DNA of 21,485 nucleotides from Malassezia furfur (Eukaryota): the NCBI GenBank assembly GCA_052055015.1, contig JBQJIT010000005.1; one strand, 5' to 3'. The translations under genes and the position numbers were made by a program. The notes below the pieces were generated by a model, which worked only from the letters and a program-made list of their open reading frames with translations, was not told the origin of the DNA and did not search any database. Shown piece by piece: positions 1-10,047 of the stretch. The first letter of the stretch is position 1; each line of letters starts with the position of its first letter.

Positions 1-933
1 CGACGAGCGCGACGTGTACGATGACGCGTCTTCGTCCGCACGGCTACCAGAAAGACTTGCGCTCTGCAGCTGCGCGTCCAAATCGTCCATCGGCTCGCGC
101 GCACGCGGCGGACGGGGCGCGGCGCGGCGCGTCGTCAGCTGGCGGCGCGGCGCGTATGCGGCCGCCGAGCCGGGCGGTACATCGAGTTCCGACGTCGAGT
201 CGCTCAGCATCGACGCGTTGTCGGCCCCGACGGCGCTCCCGCCGGTGATCTCCTCAAGACGACCCACGAGCGGCATTGCAAACTGCGGGGGCTCGACGTG
301 GCCCGTGAGGATCTCTTGCGCACTAAGTTGCTCGCCGTACGTCTTGCGGTTGGCATCAGGGCGGTCGAGCAGGACAGTGCCCTCGATCGTCACGCCGCCA
401 TACAAGCCGCGGCTCATGCTGTAGCTAAACATCGCCGACATCTTCATCTCGGCATTCAACGCGGCACTCGCCTCGCCTGAGCGCCCAAGCGGCCCGACGG
501 CCAGCGCCAGGTTTCCACCAAGCTGCAGTGAGCCGGACGACATAAAGGTGCGCACGGCCGCGCGCGAGTTGAGCACAATCAGGAAATCAACCATCTCAGC
601 GCCGGCGTTGAAGCCGCCGCCCAACCCGCCGATACCGATCGCCGTAGGCGCCGACCATTCTGCGTGAGGGAGCGTAGGACGTACCGCCATTCGGCAGCTT
701 GGCAAGCACCACGCCTGTACCGGCGCGCGCGCTCATTAGGAACCCGATCCGGTATACGGTAAAGCTGCGTCAGTGCGCGGCGACCCACATCGCGATGCCC
801 TTAGCCTTGCGCATGACGCTCGACGGGATCACCCTGTCGAGCGAGCTCGTGGTGCCCGGCTGGCAGAATTTGTCGAGGATCTGCGTGAGCAGCGTCGACG
901 TGCCTTCTTCGCCCTGCGCACATCCGACTCCAT
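1..933 (-). CDS. YSC84: Ysc84/Lsb3/SH3YL1-family SYLF-domain actin/endocytosis protein, 3' end beyond window; exons 933-904, 880-789, 764-685, 659-<1
   Basis: Spliced translation MESDVRRAKK/ILDKFCQPG...VIPSSVMRKAKGIA/IFTVYRIGFLMSARAGTGVVLAKLPNG/EWSAPTAIGIGGLGGGFNAGAEMVDFLIVLN...LQLGGNLALAVGPLGRSGEA...FSYSMSRGLYGGVTIEG matches SYLF-domain motifs. It needs three tiny introns, so the ORF track misses it. An alternative in-frame ATG exists at 969. The paralog name (YSC84 vs LSB3) cannot be resolved. Confidence 0.88.
660..684 (-). other. 25-nt spliceosomal intron (YSC84-like intron 3)
   Basis: GTACGTCCTACGCTCCCTCACGCAG; removal gives LPNG-EWSAP. Confidence 0.9.
765..788 (-). other. 24-nt spliceosomal intron (YSC84-like intron 2), in-frame TGA
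   Basis: GTGGGTCGCCGCGCACTGACGCAG; removal gives KGIAIFTV. Confidence 0.88.
881..903 (-). other. 23-nt GC-AG intron (YSC84-like intron 1)
   Basis: GCACGTCGACGCTGCTCACGCAG; removal joins MESDVRRAKK to ILDKF, resembling the family N-terminal helix. Confidence 0.75.
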
Positions 934-957
934 CGTCGTCCTCCGGTGAGCGGGGTC

Positions 958-967
958 GCCACGTGGC
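958..967. promoter_or_regulatory. GCCACGTGGC E/G-box, candidate promoter element for the YSC84-like gene
   Basis: CACGTG at 960-965, 26 nt before ATG 933 on the minus strand; same motif recurs at other gene starts. Confidence 0.5.
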
Positions 968-1143
968 ATGATAGGGTCCGGGCGCCAGCGCGTGCGCACC
1001 GCACCACAACAGCACCGCAACTACAGGGCTACAGAGGACGCACCGAGCGACGTACACGCCCTGCATGGTCAGTACCATCGCGTTGGCCGCGAGGGCGCGC
1101 GCGTCGTCGTTGTCGCCGGCGCCTGCGCGTCCGCACGGGCCAT

Positions 1144-1152
1144 GCCACGTGG
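1144..1152. promoter_or_regulatory. GCCACGTGG E/G-box, candidate promoter element for GCN2
   Basis: CACGTG at 1146-1151, 23 nt before ATG 1175. Confidence 0.5.
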
Positions 1153-1174
1153 ATGCCGGCGTCCTCCAGCGACC

Positions 1175-4100
1175 ATGGGGGTGCCGCCGCGGCCTGCCGA
1201 GGAGCTCGCGGAGCTGCGGCGCACAGAGAAAGAAGCCATTGAGTCCATCCTTGGCGATGACTTTGCCGTCGTCCCGTCGACGGCGTGGCATGGCGCTGCG
1301 CAGGTCGAGACGTACGAGGTGGTGCTGCGCCCGGAAGACGAGTCACAAAAGGCGCACATCGCGGTGGTGGTGCGCCTCACGCTCACACGCACCTACCCCA
1401 ACACGGTACCGAGCGTGCAGGTGCGCAGCAATGATCCACGTACGCACGGACTCGCTGCTGAGCAGCTCGCGGCACTCGGCGAGACGCTGCATGCCAAGGC
1501 ACGCACGCTCCTCGGCGCCGAAATGGTGTGGGAGCTGGTGAGCGCCGGGCAAGAGTTTATCAGCGTGTACAATACGGCGCCCGTCCGCGACTCTTCCACA
1601 TCCCGCCTAAGTCTCGAGGAACGCATGAAGCAGCGCGCACGCACCGAGCAGCAGGACGAGGCGCGCCGTGCCCAAGAGCAACACGCCCAGGAAGAAGAGG
1701 CCGAGCGCGCGCGCGAGCAGCAGCTTGCGGATGAAATTGAGAAGGCAACACAGCGGCAAAAGGCCGCCATCCGCGAGGAGCGCAAGAAACTGCGCGACGC
1801 GCCGATGCCCACGCCTGCTGTCCCCGCGCCCACCGAGGCGCGCCGCGTCGACTGGGAGCGTGCGGACGCCGAGGCGTTTGCGCTTGAGGCCGTGCGCATC
1901 GACGACCACACTATGCGGCGGGGCACGCTGCTTGAGACGCACGCGCTCACGCACAGCTTCCTCGCGATGCCGTCCGAGGCAATGCCGGGCACGATGCTGT
2001 ATGCACTCGACGTGACGCCGATCAGTGCGCCATACTACGCCGGTAACAATGGCGCACGCAAGCTCGCCAGCGTCGAGGAGGAGCTTGTGGCTCTACAGCG
2101 GCTCACGGCGCCGACGCTCGTGCCGATCCTCGGGTTCGCGCGCGTGTCACGGCCGACGCCGGATCTGCCCCAGGCGACGGCGCTGTGCATCGTGCGGGGC
2201 TGTGCGAATGCATGGCGCATGAGCCAGCTCCTCGCGCAGTGCCGCACGCTGCCCTGGCCAAGCGTGCGGAGCCATGTGCTGCGCCTGCTCGATGCGCTGC
2301 ACACACTGCACGCTGCCGGCCTCGTGCATCGCCAGGTCGCACCGGAGCATATTGTCCTCGAGCAGGACCGGGTGCGCCTCGGCGGCGCATGTACGCCGCG
2401 GCGCCTGCTCGATCTGCACCGCTCCAATGCCCTCAACGCGCTCCCTACGCGCGAGACGCCCGCGCCGGACGCGTGGCGCTCGCCCGAGGCCATCAGCGAC
2501 CCGATCACCTATGCGCCGCCGCGCGACTTGTGGGACCTGGGCCGGTGTGCGTGCCAGATGCTGTTTGGCACACAGGTTATCTATACGTACGCCTCGCCCG
2601 AGCAGCTCTTTGACTCGATGCACGGCAGCGACATGGACGAGGCGCGCGCATTTTTGCAGCGGCTTATGCATCGCTCGCCCAAGGTGCGGCGTAGCGCCGC
2701 CGAACTCCGTGCACTGCTGGACGAGACGAGCGCGGCGCTGTGGCGCACGGACGATACCGCCGCGTCGGTGCCCGCGCTGCCGACACACTCGCTCGAGGTG
2801 CCGACGCGCGCGGCGCCGACGCACCGTGCGCCCAAAGCACGCGAGCCTATCGGCTCCTTTTGGCAGCTACGCAACTTGCCTGCGGCGCCCGCGCCGCAGC
2901 CCGTGTCGCGCTACTTGAGTGACTTTGAGGAGGTCGAGTTCCTCGGCAAGGGTGCGTTCGGTGTCGTGGTCAAGGCGCGCAACAAGCTCGATGGACGCTT
3001 CTACGCGGTGAAAAAGGTGCGCCTGAGCAGCTCGGCGGCCGAAGAGGAGCGCACCATGCGCGAGATCATGACACTGTCGCGCCTCGACCACCCCCATATT
3101 GTGCGCTACGTCACCTGCTGGATCGAAGAAACCCAGGTCCCGGGCCTCGCGGGGCTCGGCGCCGAGTCGTCGACGGATGCGGCCATGACCACGAGCCAGC
3201 AAATGGACGCCAGTCTGCTCCGCGCCCTCAACCGCTTTACGCCTGCGGGCCTTGGCGGCGCGAGCCATGACGACGACTTTTTATCCACGGATCGCACCGA
3301 TCCTTTGAGCGACGCCGATGCGCTCGTCGAGTTTGGGCCGGTGTCGAGCGACGTGTCCGGCGCACAGGCCGACCCCGCCGAGAGCTCGTTTGCGAGCAGC
3401 GACACGAGCTCGACGCTGTCGTCGAGCGGCGCAAGCTTGGCCAGCCCACCACGCGCGCCAATGTCGTCGTCGCACGACCGCAGCACAGGTGCAACGCGCG
3501 TCCTCTACATCCAGATGGAATACGTCGAGAACCAGACGTTGAGTGATGCGATTGAGCGTGGCCTGTCGATCGACGAGGCGTGGCACATTTTCCGGCAGAT
3601 GCTTGAGGCGCTCGCTCACATTGCGAGCGTCGGCATCATCCACCGCGACCTCAAGCCAAGCAACGTACTGATGTACGCCAACGGGGACATCAAGATTGGC
3701 GACTTTGGCCTCGCGACGACCAACCTGCAGACCATTGAGACGGGTCTCCGCGAGTCGGTCCTGAGCGAGCACGCCATGGGCGCACATGGCGACGACACGG
3801 AGCTTACCTCGGGGCTCGGCACCTTTTCGTACATTGCGCCCGAAGTCCTCTCGAAGCACGGGCTGAGCACACGCTACAACTTCAAGGTCGATATGTTTTC
3901 GCTAGGGATCATGTTCTTCGAGATGATTGCGTCCCAGCGCTACTACAAGACGACGATGGAGCGCTACCAGCTGCTGCGCGACTTGCGGCAGCCTTCCATC
4001 AACTTCCCCGCGGCGTGGGACACGACGCAGTTTGCCGCACAGACGCAAATCATCCGCCAGCTGCTCGACCACGACCCGAGCCGCCGGCCGTCGCCGATGG

Positions 4101-6225
4101 ACATGCTGCACAGCCCGCTGCTCCCGCCCAAGATGCAGGACGAGTACGTGGAGGAGCTCCTGCGCCTCGCGGCGCGGCCTGCGAGTACGCACCGGCACCA
4201 GCTCATCGCCTCGCTCTTCTCCAAGACGGACGCGGACGAGGTGCGTGACTTCACATTCGACACGGGCGCGCAGAGCGACGAGGACGACGTGCTCGTTGGC
4301 GTCGTGTGTCAGTACCTCCGCAGCGTGTTTCAGAAACGCGGCGCGGTGCCGGTGCACCCCCCGCTGCTCGTCCCGCCGAACGATGTGTACGCGGGCGAGA
4401 CGAGCGTCGTCAAGCTGCTCGACCGCACGGGCAACCTCGTGCTGCTTCCGTACGACTTGACGGTGCCGTTTGCGCGCGTGTGTGCGCGCAGCGGCCACCT
4501 GCGCCTGAAACGCTTTGACATCGCCGACGTCTACCGCGAGAACCTGCTCGCCGGGGGTCAACCGCGCGCGGTACTCGCCGCAAGCTACGACATTGTCTCG
4601 CCCGAGGCCGACTTTACCTCGGAAGCCGAGGTGCTCGGCGTGCTCGACGAGCTGCTCGAGATCCCGGGGCTTGCGGGCAACCCGTGGGAGATCGAGGTGG
4701 GGCACGCCTCGATTGCCGACACGCTCCTCGCGCGCTTCCCTGCGCGGCTCCGCGCGTCGATCCTCGGCGTCTTGCCGCACCTCGGCGTACGGGGCAGTGA
4801 ACACCGCGCGCGGCAGCAGCTCACGCAGCTTGGCATGTCGGCCGCGCAGCTCGAAGAGCTCGAGGCCCTCCACTTGCGTGGCGATGTCGCCGACACCACC
4901 GAGCAGCTGCGCGCGCTGCTCACCCCGACGGAGCGCGCGGCGCTCGACGCGGCGCTCGCAGACGTGCACCGCGTCTCGCAGCTCGCACGCCAGTTTGGCG
5001 TGCGTCGCCGCGTGCTGTTTGTGCCGCTGCTCGCGTACGGCTTCCAGCGCTACGAGCAGGGCATCATCCTCACCGTCGTCCAGCACACCAAGCACCGCGA
5101 GGTGCTCGCAGTTGGCGGGCGCTACGACGCGCTCCTCCGCCGTTTTGCGTTCCCCCGCGCCTCGTCGACGGCGAGTCCGGTGCCGGGCGCCGCCGGCGTG
5201 CAAATCGCCGTGGGGAAGATTGTCGCGGCGCTCGCCAAGTACCAGCAGGTAAATGTGCCCAAGCTCATGGGGCGCCCCGAGGAGGAGCGCACGCTCGGGC
5301 CCTGGACGCCGCGCCGGTGCGGTACGTGTGGCACACTCACCCAGAATGTTATCTCGCCGCTAGTGCGCCCGGCCTGCTTGATCTGCGCATCGAGTTGTGT
5401 ACGCTGCTGTGGGCCAACGGCGTGAGCGCCGACATCCAGTACGAGAGCAGCGCCGGCGAATCGCTCGAGACGACCACGTCCATGTGCCGCGCTGAAGGTA
5501 TCCTCTTTCTTATCCTCGTGCGCGCCCACAACCCGGCGCTGAAGGTACGCGAGGTCATTCCGCGCACCGAGCATGAGGTGCTGCGTGAGGATCTGCTGCC
5601 CTTCCTGCATGACCGCATTGCACGCCAGCGCCGCATCGACCTGCACACTGCCGGCGGCACGCAGGCGCGGCCCAACGTCCCTGATGTCCAGATCAAGGCG
5701 CCATCGCTGGTCAAGCTTGCGCCGTCCACGGCCGCACCGCTCCCTCTGCGTACGGTGCCGCCTTCGGACGTGCATGTGTCGCTCCCGCCGCGGCCCGACC
5801 GCGCGCGCCGCGACCGCCACGGCGAGCGTAAGCTCAAGCCCGCAGCACACCAGGCGCTTGCCGAAAAGGCCGCCGGCGAAACGGCGCGCCTGGCCGATGC
5901 ACTGTCGACCAACAAGCTGCCTGTCTTTGCCGTGGACCTCGCACCCAGCCTGCTCACACGCTTTGCGGCGGTGGCTGTCGCGCCCGACGACGTGTTCCGC
6001 GCGCAGTTCGCCGACACCACGCACGAGGAGCGCGAGTATCTCCGCACGCTTCGCACGCAGATTTTGCATGCGCTGCGTACCGACGATGCGAGCACACCGA
6101 CGCCGCCGCCCAGCAGTGCACTGCCCGGTGCTGCGCGGGCCGAGGCGCCGACAGGCACGCACACAGGCACGCACCGCGCGCTGCTCTACTCGATCCGCGA
6201 GGGGCGCCTCGTGTTGACGGAATAG
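1175..6225 (+). CDS. GCN2: eIF2-alpha kinase GCN2 (about 1675 aa); exons 1175-5321, 5345-6225
   Basis: N-terminal RWD domain (EKEAIESIL...TYPNTVP), charged region, pseudokinase (VHRQVAPEHI), kinase with insert (SRYLSDFEEVEFLGKGAFGVVVK, HRDLKPSN, KIGDFGLA), HisRS-like domain (LPYDLTVPFAR, LAVGGRYD). The C-terminal part is joined through a 23-nt intron (PRRC-ECYLAAS...LWANGVSAD). Start chosen on GACCATGG context and RWD position. Confidence 0.95.
5322..5344 (+). other. 23-nt spliceosomal intron (GCN2)
   Basis: GTACGTGTGGCACACTCACCCAG; links the frame of ORF 968..5425 to the frame of ORF 5317..6225. Confidence 0.92.
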
Positions 6226-6236
6226 CCGCTAGGTAC

Positions 6237-7189
6237 CTACTCGACCCGGTCATGCTCGACATCCGCAAAATGGCTGTCGTGCGCGTTGTCCGCCAGCGCG
6301 ATCGGCCCGTCGTGCTCCGTCAGCACCGAGTCGTCGCCCGTATACAGGAACGCATCGTAGAGGCCCACGCCCAGTAGGCCACCGACGACCGGCGCAAGCA
6401 CCGGGCCAAATAGCCAGTACGCGCCGTCGTGCGTCCAGAGCTCTTTGCCATAGCCGAGCAGCATCAGCGCCAGCCTAGGACCCAGATCGCGCGCGGGGTT
6501 CAGCGCGTAGCCCGTGTTGTAGCCCAGCGCGGAGCCGATGGCCAGCACCGCGAAAAAGAGGCCGATCGGCATCGTGCCCCGGCGCAGCGCCCAGTTTCCC
6601 TGGTCGCCCATGGCAGCTACAAGGAAGAGCAGCGTCGCGGTGCCGACCAACTCGGTCATATACGCCGTCGAGCGCGCAATCAGTGCGCTTGGGAATGTGA
6701 CAAACAGCCCGGCGGTCGCACGGGGGCCGACGACCGTGCGCGCCGCGCCGCCCTCAAACACGGCTATGCTGTCGTGGTACAGCGCGTACACGACCAGTGC
6801 CGCTACAAAGCACCCCAGCACTTGCGCAACAATGTAGCTCAGCACCTTGCGCTCTGGGAAACGGCGCAGCACCCGCATCGCGATCGTCACTGCAGGGTTG
6901 AGGTGCGCGCCGGAAATCCCGCCAGCTGCCCAGCACCCAAGGGCAATGCCGGCCGCCCACGCGATCCGACACTGCAGGTAGTTGCCTGGGTCAGCACACC
7001 TTTACCTACCAAACGCGCCGGCCATGCCATGCTCCGCATAGTGCAGGCGCACCTCGCACTCGACACCCGTGCCAAACAGGATGACCATGAATGCACCCCA
7101 AAATTCGCTGGTTGAGTATATGCTACGTACGCAAACTCTTCTTTGTACGCTTGGCGCACACGGTGCCAGCGGTGCAACGTCGCGGCCAT
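6237..7189 (-). CDS. Aquaglyceroporin (MIP family, GlpF/AQP3-type), about 301 aa; exons 7189-7131, 7107-7010, 6985-6237
   Basis: Spliced protein has EEFAEFWGAFMVILFG, GISGAHLNPAVT (NPA1) and GYALNPARDLGPR (NPA2 followed by RD, the glyceroporin signature); spliced length 906 nt is a multiple of 3. Confidence 0.92.
6986..7009 (-). other. 24-nt intron (aquaglyceroporin intron 2), in-frame TAA
   Basis: GTAGGTAAAGGTGTGCTGACCCAG. Confidence 0.88.
7108..7130 (-). other. 23-nt intron (aquaglyceroporin intron 1)
   Basis: GTACGTAGCATATACTCAACCAG; removal gives EEFA-EFWG. Confidence 0.88.
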
Positions 7190-7219
7190 GGTGTCTGAAG
7201 CGCAGCCAGGCCCGTGCGC

Positions 7220-7228
7220 GGCCACGTG
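7220..7228. promoter_or_regulatory. GGCCACGTG E/G-box between the RMT2 stop and the aquaglyceroporin start
   Basis: CACGTG at 7223-7228 abuts the RMT2 stop codon and lies 33 nt before aquaglyceroporin ATG 7189. Confidence 0.5.
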
Positions 7229-8442
7229 CTACCATAGCTGCAGGTGGGCTACCGGGAGATAATACTGCGCCAGGGTCCAGTACTGCCGCTTGACCCCGTT
7301 CCAGTCCTCGGCCTCGACGCGGGGGGAGAGCGTTTGCCATTCGGTCACCAGCCCAATCTCGCGCAGGTCCAGCTCGCTCACGCGCGTATACACCTCGTAC
7401 AAGAACCGGTTCGTCGCCGCGAGGCCGTGGAAGAAGGAGAAACGCGCCTCGGGGCCGGACAGTACGTTGGGCAGGCACTCGAAAAAGGCGCGCAGGTCGT
7501 TGTAATCTTGCGAGTAGGTATCAAAATAGATCGCGTCAAACACGCCAAGCTTCATGGCGATTTCGCCGTCCGGGTCGTCTTGCGGTTGCAAAAAATCCTC
7601 CCAGGTCCCTTCGAAGATTTCCACGCCGGGCCGCTTGTCCCAGCCTTGCTCGCGCAAAAATCGCAGTGCATCGGGGTGCGGCTCAATAATGACGTGCCGC
7701 CCAGGGCGGTACTTCTGGATCGCCTCGTCAATGATGCCAAGACCAAAGCCGACGTTGAGCACGGCAAAGCCTTCGTCCTGTCCGGCGCACAGCGCATGCG
7801 CCGACGCGTGCATGATCTCGTTCTCCCACTCGGCCATCACCATGTTGCGATCCTTGTCCAGACACCGCCACTGCCCGCGCTCGTCTTTCTCAAACGTGAG
7901 CGGGGTCGCAAGGAACGCGCGGTTGCTCGCACTCGCCTCGTTCTGCGTGCCGGGCACCAACGTGAGCGACGCGCCGTTTGTCTGCTCAGCAAGCTCCGCA
8001 TGGTCCATGGCCTGGGCCTCGTGCTCGGTGTTTGCGTCAACTTTGCGCTCGAGCAGGTTCGCCAAAAACGACTGCCGCACACCCTCTGCGGTGAGACACG
8101 CCTCTACGCACCTTCGAGAAGCAGCATGTAGCACTCGTTTGCATTACGTGACCACGCCAAGTCACCTGCCGTATATCCGAGCCTGTCCACGGCATTCCAG
8201 AGTCCACCGTAGCGCAGCAGTACGCGAATGGTCTCGGCGCTGCCGGCGTCGGCCGCATAGTGCAGGGCGTCCCAACCCAGCGCTTCGTCCGCGTACCAGG
8301 CGTCTGCGGAGCCGTCCCATGCACCGCTATCCTCGTCCTTATGTTGCAGCAGCCTCTTGCACTGCGCAGCGTCGCCCGCTGCCGCCGCGCGCAGCAGCTG
8401 CTCGTTGCGCTCCGTGCGGGCCGCCGGCCATGCGTCGTCCAT
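7229..8442 (-). CDS. RMT2: Arginine N-delta methyltransferase Rmt2 (ankyrin repeat + GAMT-like SAM domain), about 395 aa; exons 8442-8112, 8085-7229
   Basis: Ankyrin-like N-terminus (GWDALHYAA...LLRYGGLWNAVDRLGYTAGD), then VMAEWENEIM, VLNVGFGLGIID, HVIIEPHPD, FDAIYFDTY, FSFFHGL, all Rmt2 motifs. Confidence 0.93.
8086..8111 (-). other. 26-nt intron (RMT2)
   Basis: GTGCGTAGAGGCGTGTCTCACCGCAG; removal gives YMLLLE-EGVRQ. Confidence 0.9.
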
Positions 8443-8488
8443 CGTCGCAAATTTTGGCCACGTGCGTCTTGCGTCCGGCGGCGATCGC
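8443..8488. promoter_or_regulatory. 46-bp divergent (bidirectional) intergenic region containing AAATTTTGGCCACGTG
   Basis: Lies between RMT2 ATG (8442, -) and nucleoporin ATG (8489, +); CACGTG at 8459-8464. Confidence 0.6.
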
Positions 8489-10045
8489 ATGTCGCTCTTT
8501 GGATCGAGCAGCGCGAACCCCGCGGGGGGTTCTAACCTGTCCCGTTCGGTATCGTTCGGTGGGCAGGAAAACAAGCCTGCGTTCTCGTTCGGGAATACCC
8601 AACCCGCACAAGGAAGCGCGGCGGGGGCCAAGCCGGGCTTGTTTGGCGCGTCCAGCACGCAGCCGTCCCAAGGCACGGGCGGGTTGTTTGGCGCACAGAG
8701 CACGTCGCAGCCCGCACAAAACACGGGTCTTTTTGGCCAGAGCACACAGCAGGGGCAGTCGGGCGGCCTGTTTGGACAGTCGAACAACGCACAGCAGGGG
8801 CAGACAGGCGGAGGCCTCTTCGGCGCCCAAAACAACACACAGCCAGGGCAGTCCGGTGGACTGTTCGGTGCGCAGAACAACCAGGCCGGACAATCCGGAG
8901 GACTGTTCGGTGCGCAGAACAACCAGGCCGGGCAATCCGGAGGACTGTTTGGCGCGCAGAACAACCAGGCCGGGCAATCCGCGGGACTGTTCGGTGCGCA
9001 GAACAACCAGCAGCAGGGCCAATCCGGCGGCCTCTTTGGCCAGCAAGGCCAGCAAGGCCAGTCGGGTGGCCTCTTTGGCCAGAACAACCAGCAGGGCCAG
9101 TCGGGTGGCCTGTTTGGGGCACAGAACAACGCACAGCAGGGCCAGTCGGGCGGGTTGTTTGGCGCGTCGCAGCCCAAGCCCGGCCTGTTTGGCCAGCCGA
9201 GCACCGGCACTGCGGCGCCATCCGGCGGGCTGTTTGGCCAGAACACCCAGCAGGGCCAGTCCGGTGGCCTGTTTGGTGCCAAGCCCGCGGGCGGCCTGTT
9301 TGGCGCGAGCACGAGCGGGATGGGCGCGCCGGGCAGTACATCAGGCGGCCTATTTGGTGCGTCGACGACGGCGCAGCCGGCACAGCCAGCACAAGGCTTC
9401 CTGCAGTTCCCCTACTACCAGCGTGAGCGCTTCAACGAGCTGCCAGACGCACAGCGTTCGCTGCTCGAAGAGATGGACAAGGTGATCCAGACGCAGACGC
9501 AGATCAAGAACGAGCTGCGTGCACGCGACCAGACGAGCGAGCCGCGGCGGCTACCTGCCGAGGTGCACGAGCTGAAGTCGCTGCAAGAGTCGATTGTCGC
9601 ATCGCTCGAGTCGGACGTGCAGCGGCTGCAGACGATCAATGCACGCGTCGAGCGTGACCGGATTGACCAGTTGCAGCTGCACCACGTCGCTGAGCATGCC
9701 AAGAGCAAGCTGAGCGACGGAAGCAGCTTTGTGGACTGGCTGCGCAGTTTCTACGAGCGCGCGGCGGACGAGGACGTGGCGCGCATCCACCGGTACCGCG
9801 TGACGATGGAGCAGATCGAGCGGCACCTACTCTCGCTCGACCAGCGCGAGCAGTTTGCGCCGCGCGTCATTGCCGAGATCATCTACGACCAGAACGCGTC
9901 GTTCATGGGCTTTGCTGAGCAAATCGCGACGCTGCATGCCGAAATCGAAACACTCAAGAAGGATTACGTAAAATGGTACCAGGCGCGGTACCAGTCCGTG
10001 CGCGACCCGTTCGCGCCGGGGGTGTCGGTGGCCGAGGGTGCATAG
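8489..10045 (+). CDS. NUP49: GLFG-repeat central-channel nucleoporin, Nup49/Nup58-like (518 aa)
   Basis: MSLFG start, many GGLFG repeats in Q/N/S/G-rich spacers, then ERFNELPDAQRSLLEEMDKVIQ and a coiled-coil C-terminus as in the Nup49/Nup58 family. FG-nucleoporin identity is strong; the exact ortholog is less certain. Confidence 0.8.
   Translation: MSLFGSSSANPAGGSNLSRSVSFGGQENKPAFSFGNTQPAQGSAAGAKPGLFGASSTQPSQGTGGLFGAQSTSQPAQNTGLFGQSTQQGQSGGLFGQSNNAQQGQTGGGLFGAQNNTQPGQSGGLFGAQNNQAGQSGGLFGAQNNQAGQSGGLFGAQNNQAGQSAGLFGAQNNQQQGQSGGLFGQQGQQGQSGGLFGQNNQQGQSGGLFGAQNNAQQGQSGGLFGASQPKPGLFGQPSTGTAAPSGGLFGQNTQQGQSGGLFGAKPAGGLFGASTSGMGAPGSTSGGLFGASTTAQPAQPAQGFLQFPYYQRERFNELPDAQRSLLEEMDKVIQTQTQIKNELRARDQTSEPRRLPAEVHELKSLQESIVASLESDVQRLQTINARVERDRIDQLQLHHVAEHAKSKLSDGSSFVDWLRSFYERAADEDVARIHRYRVTMEQIERHLLSLDQREQFAPRVIAEIIYDQNASFMGFAEQIATLHAEIETLKKDYVKWYQARYQSVRDPFAPGVSVAEGA
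8849..9016 (+). repeat. Coding tandem repeat, 4 x 42 nt (QSGGLFGAQNNQAG)
   Basis: Near-identical units begin at 8849, 8891, 8933 and 8975; more degenerate copies flank them. Confidence 0.9.
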
Positions 10046-10047
10046 TG

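Noticed and set aside
968..1174. 69-codon N-terminal extension of GCN2 in the ORF track
   Set aside because: It spans the divergent promoter region; the RWD domain, strong ATG context and upstream box all point to 1175.
4787..4828. Possible 42-nt in-frame intron in GCN2 (GTACGG...CTCACGCAG)
   Set aside because: The donor lacks the T at +6 seen in all 17 introns, it is twice the usual length, and the segment reads as plausible HisRS-like domain sequence.
5345..6225. Apparent frameshift or separate gene at the GCN2 3' end
   Set aside because: Explained by the 23-nt intron at 5322-5344; it is neither a pseudogene nor programmed frameshifting.
8620..9360. Repeat array resembling CRISPR or a satellite
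   Set aside because: In-frame GLFG coding repeats of a nucleoporin; no unique fixed-length spacers and no cas genes.
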